Below, piece by piece: positions 54,831 to 64,000 of a DNA stretch of 64,000 nucleotides. Source of the DNA: Dimorphilus gyrociliatus (Eukaryota; Animalia; Annelida); contig CAJFCJ010000003.1 of the NCBI GenBank assembly GCA_904063045.1, forward strand, positions 3,086,504 through 3,150,503, written 5' to 3'. A program made the position numbers and the translations under genes. Below the pieces are notes generated by a model, which was not told where the DNA came from, did not search any database, and was given only the letters and a program-made list of their open reading frames with translations. Numbering within the stretch: the first letter of the stretch is position 1; every line of letters starts with the position of its first letter.

Positions 54831-56197
54831 GTTTAATTAGGTTTATAAGTATGTGGGAGATGATTTATATTGAAAAAGGTAAATTATGTCGAAAGCGTGA
54901 AGCCTCTAAACTATCGTCATCACAGTAAATTACAGTAAAAATGCTTTTTCTCGTTCATATCTCAATTAAGCCTATTTAGAAAAACAGCAAGTGCCAAAGT
55001 GAAAGAAGCGCCATCTTTTGTCTTCCTATTGCGGTATTTTCATCACAAAACATTAACTATTGTAGTTTGTAAAGTAAACAAACAAATAAGACAGATTTTT
55101 TTTATAAATTCATCTAAGAATTCTTCTCTTATGTTTTGTTAATTTTTGTTTTGAACATTTCTATTTATAGAAATGTACATATATATATATATACAGTATA
55201 TTAGTATGTACAAATATATACATATACTTCTATACAAAACGTGTATTTACTGACATTTCTATAGTAATGCATTACATGAATTTTATTAAACGTTCCCATT
55301 TCACTTCTTACTCCTTTATTTACATTTCTTTTATTTCTTAATTGTTTTAAATGATTTATCGTTTAATCAAACTCCATCATTCTCTTCTTAAATGTTCAAG
55401 TACACTCTTCAATCATCATGCCTTATTTCATTAAACATTCGCAAATAATTTTCTCATGTAGATGTCGCCACTTTCTTAGAAATTTTGAAATATTTTTAGC
55501 AATATGCAATAATGTTCACAATTTTACTTTTAATTTAATCTACTAAAAAAATATTACTTTTTTTTTATAAAAAACAAATTTAATTAATATTTTACTAAGG
55601 AAGAAAAAAGTAAAGATCAAAGTTATTTTCTTATTATTTTGGCAAACATGATCGTAATACAGAAAAGAGTGGGTTGAAAAGGCAATACTATTTAGGTGAC
55701 GTCACTTTAACAAAAGACACTCTAAAAGATTGATTCAGGTTTTTGAAATGGTATGAAAGAAAATTATTTCCAGGGTAGAAAGGCGAACGGGAAATTTTCT
55801 TTCCAATTTTCTTTTTTTCTTTTCCTTTAGAATGATATTTATCAAATAAATAGTAGTTATCTTTAAATAGATTTAAATTTTATATAATCCTTAAATTCTT
55901 TCTCAAGATAAATGAGATTTTTTAATTATTTAACTAAGTAATAAAAATTTTCTTACTGATCCTTTTAACCTTTTCTGTCAAATATCGTTAACTTTAAATA
56001 AAGAGGAATTCCATTTTTGGAAAAAAAAATAGATATAAATAATAGAATTTTTTTTTTTTGCTTTATAAACACTAAAAATTCTTTTCTAAAAAGCATTCAA
56101 ACATTTTTTTTGAACAATTTGAACAGTCTTACAAAAGAAATATACATTTAGAAGAAAGTCATATTTTTTTTCAATATTTTTGTTATTTTTTTTCTTT

Positions 56198-59100
56198 TTA
56201 CCACGGCCTCCAAGGTTTATCTTCTAACCTCACATCGTTATCTAATCTAAAGCGTTTAACTGGTGACGACTCGCCGTCGGAAGAGAGTGCTGAAAAAGGT
56301 CGTCTGCAGTTAGTTGTTTCCTCTTTATTGTTATTAAGATCTAAGGTGGGAGTTGCTAAAACTGGTAATTGCATTACAATTGTTCTCTGAGCAGAGGGAG
56401 GCATATTAATCATAACGTAATTGGTTTGTTGCTCTTTACGAGGGGTACTTTCTTCTCCCGGTCGTCTAGCAGCCATGCAATTGCTAAGATGCTCTAATAA
56501 TCTGGATCTTATTTCAACATCAACTGAATCGATATTTGCTAAATATCTCGAAACTTCGCTAGTGCATTCATTAAAGCCAGCGTAGTACTTATTAAGAACA
56601 GCTGGATCTGTTGTGGCAATGGCTGAAAGGAAAAAAAGGAAAATTAAAGAAAGAAAATTGAACAATGCTATTTTTCAATTTCAATAGATGTTTACATAAG
56701 GGGAACTGCGATAAATTATTCGTTAAACTTTACCAAACTTAAACCTGTTGAATAGTTGCCAATTTTTATTTATTATTAACAATTTCTTATGTGTATGCAG
56801 TGCGTTATTATGCGTATATATTTATATATACTATATATGATTTGTACATGAAAAAAAAACAAATTTGCACTTTTACTATATTGATTTTATATATAACAAT
56901 ATATAAGGATTTATTTACACTTACCCCTTTATATAAAAAATACCAAGGTGTCTTAAAAAAATGTTAATGTTTTCTTAAATATATAAAAGTCAAGTGTTTG
57001 AGACCGGAAAAGTGTATATTCTTTAAGGGAAGAAGAAAATAACCCCCTTAGGCTATGAAATTACCAACGATGATTTACCTCTATTGGCAATTGACAAAAT
57101 CAGCTACTTGACGTCATCCAAAATGGCTATTGAACAATAGGTGAATATTTTATGGGTCGTAAATTGAATTGTTTAATGCTTTTTAGAGTGCTTCCAAAAA
57201 GATAAAGCATCGATAGTGTGAAAAAACGTACCTGAAAATTGCTACCTTCGTATTCAAGTTAAACGTTTTTATACTAAGTGAATTAAAAATAGTTAGAAGA
57301 TATCTGTCTATTCCAAACTTTATCGCCTTTCGTTATTATTCCTATTGTTCTAGTTAAACATCAGTGTTTTTTTTTTAAATTTACCTGAAAATTGTTGTCG
57401 TTGAATTTGTCTTAGATGTCTAACCGTATATTCTAAAATATCAGCCTTCTCCATTTTATTATGCCTGGCACCCTATTAAAAGAAAAATTATGCAATTAGA
57501 GTGTACTATTAGAATGTTAGTTCCTTAAAAGCCGTTTTAACAGCGCGAACTAACAAGCATCTAGTATTGAAATTTCTGTCTATTTATCATTGTAAACGTA
57601 AAGAAATATATATAGATTCCTAGCATTATTATTTATTGAATTACATTAGCCGTATGAAAGACGGAAATAATTAACATAGTTCCTTTTTTTTGACAACACA
57701 CACATATAAAAAAAAGTCTCTTCAATTATTATCTTATAGCTTCATCTTATTATTTAATCTTTTTTTTATAGGCTGATAAAAAGTTTCTTTACCACAGGAA
57801 GTCGTTTTTTTTTTAACACAAATTAGAAGTATTAAATTTCCACTCGGAGAGAAGTTTTTTAAAGACAAAATTTCAAACACCACTACTAATTACTCAGCTT
57901 GAAGCTGCTCCTTTCCCATGATTTTACCCTATAATCAACTGTTTAAACGATGCCGCCAATGCGATCCGATAACTCCTAACGAGTACTTATACTTGAACAA
58001 AAACAATGAATGAATCAAGAAACGAACTTTCAAAATAGAATTTAAATAGAATGATAAAATAAGGAATACGTTTTTTATTTAATTTAATAACATTTCTATT
58101 TTTCTTTTGCACGTGTTTAACTTTTACTTTTTATCTATAATTTTTTTTTAACACCTATAAATAGATAGAGCATTGAAATTTCTCACAATTAAACTATGGT
58201 AAAAGTGTGAACAGAGGTGAACAATTAATTCGTAACTAAACAAAAGACTGTTAAAAATCTGGTCAATGTTTTTACCCTTTTAAATTATTTAATTTTCAAC
58301 TATCTAATTATGACTAGAATGAGCTAAGAGAGTCAAAAGTTCACTTTTATTTGAACGGAAAAAGTAAGGGGAGACAGACAGATAGACAGACAAATTTAGT
58401 GAGAGGAAGAAGTTTTTAACACTTATTTAAATAGAAAAATTTAACTTACTTCTTTTTTCATAGTATCTAATAATAAACCCTTCAACTCGCAAAGACAAGC
58501 ATTAATTCTTGCTCGCCTCTTTTTTTCCATTATAGGCTTGCTGCTCTGTTACAGAAATAAATACATATATATGTATATATATAAATTTATATATATATAT
58601 AGATAGATAGATAGATAGATATATAAATATATAGATATATCAAGAAGAAAGATAGACAAAGAAAGAAAGAGAAAGCGAGAGAGAGAGAGAGAAACTACAG
58701 ATGATTAGGAAATTGGGCAGTTTCATGAAAAAAGAGCGTGGGAAAAAAAGAGAAAATATTTTTTTGTAATAGACTTTTATATTTTGAAATGAAACGTTGC
58801 ATGAACACGTAATTACTGAGGCCGCTTACTCAATAAGGAATTTTCTTGAATATGTTCAACGACGCGAAATAATGTGATTTAAGTCTCTTATATGTTATAT
58901 ACAGTAAGCATTCAAATAGCTATTTAACACTCTATAGCTATAAAGAGTCCAAAAGGTTCATCAATCGTCTATATATTTTCAGCTCAAGAATATCATATTC
59001 GTTCGAAAAAGATTCAGTAGCAACTGATAACGCTAAATATAGATAATGAAATGTATATTTTTATACGAAGAGCTTTGTCATAATTGCAGCGTGATTATTC

Positions 59101-59236
59101 ATCATAGCAATATGCTAATTGCTACAAATATCCGTCTTAGGATACTAATCATTACAGTTCTAGAAAGAATTAAATAGCTAACCTTTTTAGCGGAATCTGG
59201 AGACATAGCTTCTGTTTCACTATTACCTTCAGCCAT
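56198..59236 (-). CDS. hes: Hairy/Enhancer-of-split (HES1/hairy-like) bHLH-Orange repressor, 220 aa, join(complement 59183..59236, 58450..58545, 57385..57472, 56198..56622)
   Basis: [15 protein letters not shown] basic helix with the HES proline, [15 protein letters not shown], Orange domain [18 protein letters not shown]-terminal WRPW. Internal exons of 96 and 88 nt match the canonical HES1-type exon structure; all GT-AG, phases 0,0,1. Confidence 0.96.
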
Positions 59237-59299
59237 TATTTATCAGAGAAGATTAATTGATTTATAGAATCACTTCAAACTTTTTTGTTAATTTCAACA

Positions 59300-59470
59300 A
59301 AACGAAGATTGAACACGCGCTTGTCGTACGGCCTTACACGCGACTGACCGTATGACTGACCCGCCGAATATGTGCCTAAATAAAGTTAGACTCCGCCCAT
59401 ATTCTATTGGCCAATAAACGGTGGTTGAGTAATAAAACTCGCGTGCTATATTCTGATTGGGTAAGTTATT
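59300..59470 (-). promoter_or_regulatory. HES core/proximal promoter
   Basis: Minus strand: CCAAT boxes (59456-60, palindromic TATTGGCCAATA 59405-16), GC box TGGGCGGAGT (59390-99), TATA-like TATTTAG (59382-76), TCAGTC initiator-like motifs (~59357, ~59345), three CACGCG class-C sites (59314, 59337, 59440). Confidence 0.7.
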
Positions 59471-60739
59471 ACCTAAAATGTTTGACCACCGGTCAAGAAT
59501 TCAGTTTACATTACGTAATAGAGTATCTATAAATATTTGGACATTGGAAATAGCCTTTTTCACTTTTTCCTTATCTTTTTCCTTTGTATTAATTAACACA
59601 TAAGAAGTTTTAACCTTATCAAGTTATAAATTTTTTTAAAACGCCACCATCTTTTGCGTACTACTGATAAGATAAGCTTTAACAATATTTTCTCACGGGA
59701 AAAAACAAAAGTATCTAATTTTATAAGAGGAAAGCATATAAAAAAAGTATTGATACGTCCGTTCTAACAAAGCAGTTTAAAGAGCTAAGCAAACTATTCA
59801 ATTCTTATCTGTAAAAAAAATGGGACTATTCAAAGAATGTTACAAAAATGGTTTCCTTGCAGTTAAAAAGTAAAAATTCGATAGTCAAAAGATTGAAACT
59901 CCTGCTGTTTTGGGTCGCATACCTACAGCAACCTTAACCTTTGCCGTATTATTTCATTTTGTATACACCTCAGGCACTGCATGACTAGAGGTAATTTTTA
60001 AGATGAAGAATATTCAAAACCCGTTTATTTTCATACGACTACTTTGCAGCGTGGTCAATAAAAGAAAATAGACGTCCAATCGAGATATTGTACTTATATT
60101 GTTACTGGTAGAACGACAGGGTCGCGTAGTCTTGACCTATACCTATAGATATGTTGAATAGGCAAAAAACCCTTGATAAATGTTAATTTGACAGAGAAAT
60201 CTTATTTTGTTAAAGAAAAGAACTATTGGAGAATTAAAGCCAGATCTCTATTCATTTCTATACTATCAAAATTTATATTTATATATTGCTTTTCATATTA
60301 TAAATGAAGGCGTTGTTACCTTTATTCATAGTCGTATGAACAATAAAGAAAGTAGACGAATTTGAAGATATACTGGGCAATTAAAGCGAAGTTTCAAATG
60401 GAGAAAAGTTCTATTTAAACCTTCTTCTTTATTTCATCTTTTAACAAACGATCGTGATTTATAATCTGTCAATGTTACCCGTATGGTACTTTTAACATTT
60501 ACAATAAAAACAAGTAGGTGATATCTCTTTTTTTGACCCCTTCACAGAATATCTTTCAATCCTTTATTTAATAAAGAAATTTTCCTTTTCTGTTTTTTTG
60601 CAGGTGTAAAATAGACCTATTTTTAAAAGTGTCAATTGTATCCAGTATCTTTTTTTTATTGGCTTTAACAACAAAAAGAGGAACTTTTTTCCCACCTCTT
60701 CAATCTTGTCATTCAACTTTTATATCCGAGAGATGACGA

Positions 60740-61034
60740 TGTGAACTGATAGAGCGCCACCTATAGATATACATGAAAAGGATATGTTAAAAAAAAGAGC
60801 GAAAAACATAACACTAATGAATATTTGATCGATTCGCTCAAAGCTTTTTGCAAGCGTTTGTATCGTTTCAGGAAGCTTTATACTCTGCACTGTTCGTTTA
60901 CCGAATTGATTCACCCTGAACGTTGGCGGCGCGCCGCACCCTGCCCACTTGTTTGCGGCGCGTTTATCGACGGAAGCCGCCTGTGAGCAGGGAAGGGTAT
61001 AATAGCGCCACCTACCCGCCGTTAAGGCGTCACA
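60740..61034 (+). promoter_or_regulatory. CpG island promoter with two CTCF-like motifs
   Basis: AGCGCCACCTA at 60753 and 61004, palindrome GCGGCGCGCCGC (60926-37), high CpG density directly upstream of ATG 61035. Confidence 0.5.
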
Positions 61035-61168
61035 ATGGAAGCGGACGACTTCGACGTCTTCTGCCAACAAGCCGGGCGCAGAAGGTTAAGCAGCGCATCG
61101 GAATTTGGCGGTAGTATGCCATGTATAGTTCAACCAGTAGAGACAAATTCACCAGGAACTGATACTAG
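61035..61168 (+). CDS. Putative first coding exon of a gene continuing beyond the window (MEADDFDVFCQQAGRRRLSSASEFGGSMPCIVQPVETNSPGTDT...)
   Basis: cacaATGG start in a CpG-rich promoter-like island, 44 open codons, strong phase-2 donor CTAG|GTAAGC at 61168/61169. No matching downstream exon recognised before 64000. Confidence 0.6.
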
Positions 61169-64000
61169 GTAAGCAATAAAGTACCTATAAAAGTTATTAA
61201 TTGTAATTAATATTTTATTACTATAGTAGTTATTATGATAATTGTTTTATATAACATAGTTTAACATTTTTCCTTTTCTTCATTTATCGGAAATGTTTCA
61301 CAATCTGATTGTTAATGCACATTGATTTTTACATTGTAGTATATTATTTACCTACTTGGTTCAATATTTTTTTTCAACTGTATAAGCTATGTACAATTTT
61401 CCATTGTTTTATGAATTCTTACTTAACATTTCCTACATATTAATTTATTGAAGTATAGAGGCGTCCTTATTCTATTTTTTACCACATATACTAAGGCTTA
61501 GTCGAGGAAATCTTTGGTCACGAAATCTATGATAAAGCTCCTGTGATTTACTTACTAGAGTATAATTATTAAGACTTTATTCACTGCTTTTTACTTTATA
61601 TTTTGCTACATATTTTCCTTCATACTATTATTCTTTCACCTTCCAGAATTTATCTTCTTCTCTCCCTATCTTTCTTCCTTTATATTTTCTATTTAGTCCT
61701 TTCTGTATCCTCTTACTCTATATACATATATACAGTATATATATATATATATATCTATATCTTTAGTCGTTTTGATAATAGTATAGAGATAGAATTTATA
61801 GTGAAATCTTAATTTAATAGCTTTCATTCAAAGTAAAATATTTGATTGTTTGATAAGAATTTTTTAATATTGTTCGTTCTTTTTCAAATTCTCATCCTTT
61901 ATTTATTGTTTCTCCCTTTACAATTACAATTTCCATTTCTCTTTCTTTCTTTTACTCTTTTATTTTCTTTGTATTACTTAATTGTTTATTTTACTCCGTT
62001 TGTCAATTTATACCGTATCATAGACATAATAAATTATTAATAATATATAGGCCTACAAAAAAAAGAAACAGCAAAACTATATAATAAAAAAAATGACAGT
62101 TCAACTGAATAAATAAATGACGTCACTTGACCGTGATTTATATTTATTTAGTTTGTTGGAAATTACAAGGTAGACGATACTGTAGATAGTGGTAGATAAA
62201 AATAGAATTAAATAAAACGTTATTCTGAATATTCAATACCTTAAGAGATGTTAAGTGCATAGTCTCTACTGTAGTATATAATCATAAACTTATAAATTGA
62301 GTTAATAGAATAATATTAATTGTATTTGTGTATATAAGATGCCATGTAATATGAAATTCAGGTTATGCTTATTTTTCATCTACGCATTCTGTTTTATTTA
62401 TTAAAATATATATGGAAGGAAAACACTATTATTAATAATTTGTGTACCTGAGTTGGGGTAACTGCAATAGGAAATATATAGCGAATATAGGGGGGAAAAA
62501 GTTGTTCTCTCACTGTTTTATTAAGATAGTGTACTTCCTGTTAATATTACCTTTAATGCACGTATACTTATTACTTCTCTTTTACTTTCTTCCTGTCTTT
62601 CCCTCTCTCATACTTTCTTTCTTTATATAAAGATATAGTGTACTGCGGAGCGATATTTCTTTCTCTTTTTCATCCATTTCCTCAGCTACCTTATGCCTCT
62701 CTCTCTTTCTCTCTTTTCTCTTTTCTGGATACATATAAGGATAGCGTGTAACCGATTTTAAAACTAATTTCTCTAAATATCATTTGTAATATATATATAA
62801 CATAACTTGATTGAACTAATTTATTTTACTAAGTTGGAAATATGGTTAATTAATTATGTAAATTGACTTTGATCTAGATGGATAAGAAAAATCTCCTACC
62901 AAGGCCTAGTAAATAGTGAGACGAGTATTTTAGCTAATATCCAGTCTCATCCTCCCTTTATAACATCTCACATCCTTAAAAATATAAAACATATGTGAGA
63001 AATAGTTTCGAATGATAGAAAGAAAAGAGAAATAGACCAAACTATATTTCTAAACATCAAGTAATTAGTCATTTCATTTGGACGTCAATATCTTTCTAAG
63101 ACCTGAAAATAACTCATCGTTCTTATTAAATTCTATAAATAGTATACAATTTCAGCATATATTCTATTAGGCACGTGTAGTAGAGAATAGAAGTATATTT
63201 ATTACCAAAGAGAAAATTTTGAAATTTTTCTTATCAATTAATTTAAAAGATGGCAAAGAATATTGCATGGAAGAAGAGCAACAACAAAAGAAAGATAGAT
63301 AGATGAATGTAAAGAAAAAAAATTCTCTCTGTAGCCAAACATAAAAAGTAATACTAACTTAATTCATTCTGTTAATTCCTCATGGGGAGAAAAAAGTAGG
63401 TAATTACGATACTATACTAACTACAATTAAGATTGACCCAAATATCGCTATTTCTTATGCTGTTATAGCATCTTTTCAGTATATTTGTGCTTATATCAAT
63501 TTTTAATAGATATATAGGGAATGTAAGCTTATAATAGAAGAAGAATTATAAAATCACTAACATAAATTTTTTTCGTCTTTTTCTTTTTGTCATTTAAATT
63601 AAGCTTTATATTTTGTTACTGTCAGGTTGTCAAAATTAATTTTTTCGTATAGTCCCTTTTTCTCTAATGATGAAAATAAAAACCTTGATAGTTGGCTAGA
63701 GGAGAAGAGACAAGAAACACGTTCGAGAATGATGTACATGTGATGACAAAAATAAGCTAGCTTACACGTTTAAACAGGCTCTGCCTTATTCAAACGGAAT
63801 ATATCTTATAAAGTACATAATAAAATATTTATTCACTATAGCACGGCAGCTCGTTCAGTGATGTAGATGATTATTTTTGAATACTGGTTAAAAATATAAA
63901 AAGCCATAATGACTATTATGACCTTCTATGAAGATGATGATGTTCACGGGATATTTTTATATTAATAACTTAAAAGACACCATAAGCAAAAACAACTTCA

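Noticed and set aside
54919-55047. K-box (TGTGAT) matches downstream of HES
   Set aside because: More than 1.1 kb from the stop and beyond the likely polyadenylation signals (~55280-55330); no Brd or GY boxes on the sense strand.
60720-61114. ORFs 60720..61070 (-) and 60923..61114 (+)
   Set aside because: Explained by stop-poor GC-rich promoter DNA; the frame starting at ATG 61035 with a strong donor is the better model.
585-62630. Many 60-120 aa ORF-track entries rich in IYIYIY, LSLS or FFF
   Set aside because: They are translations of (TA)n/(TC)n microsatellites and pyrimidine tracts, with no splice or domain support.
1-64000. CRISPR arrays, rRNA, intact transposase or retroelement ORFs
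   Set aside because: None seen: no repeat-spacer periodicity and no long ORF with transposase or reverse-transcriptase motifs.

Overview
AT-rich eukaryotic (bilaterian invertebrate, probably lophotrochozoan/annelid-type compact genome; inferred from gene content, short GT-AG introns and CTCF-like motif enrichment) window with many (TA)n/(GA)n microsatellites. No prokaryotic features, rRNA, tRNA, CRISPR or transposase were seen. Four spliced genes can be fully reconstructed by hand: an innexin (minus, 2 coding exons, 420 aa), synaptotagmin-1 (plus, 6 coding exons, 415 aa), a 4-finger matrin-type zinc-finger protein of the ZMAT3/ZMAT4/ZNF346 type (minus, 5 exons, about 244 aa) and a hairy/HES bHLH-Orange-WRPW repressor (minus, 4 exons, 220 aa). 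Main unexpected observations: (1) a small secreted neuropeptide precursor absent from the ORF track (36495-37935) yielding a predicted amidated cyclic C-I-W-K-I-C peptide of the urotensin-II/somatostatin-like class; (2) an intronless 196-aa secreted orphan ORF nested antisense in the ZMAT intron; (3) many TA-CAG-TA/TA-CTG-TA interruptions in TA microsatellites, matching Tc1/mariner excision footprints; (4) an old ~1 kb duplication keeping a 41-nt exon-like core; (5) three uORFs directly ahead of the innexin start; (6) a HES promoter with three HES-type binding sites; (7) the first exon of a further gene head-to-head with HES. All exon models are manual, not transcript-verified.
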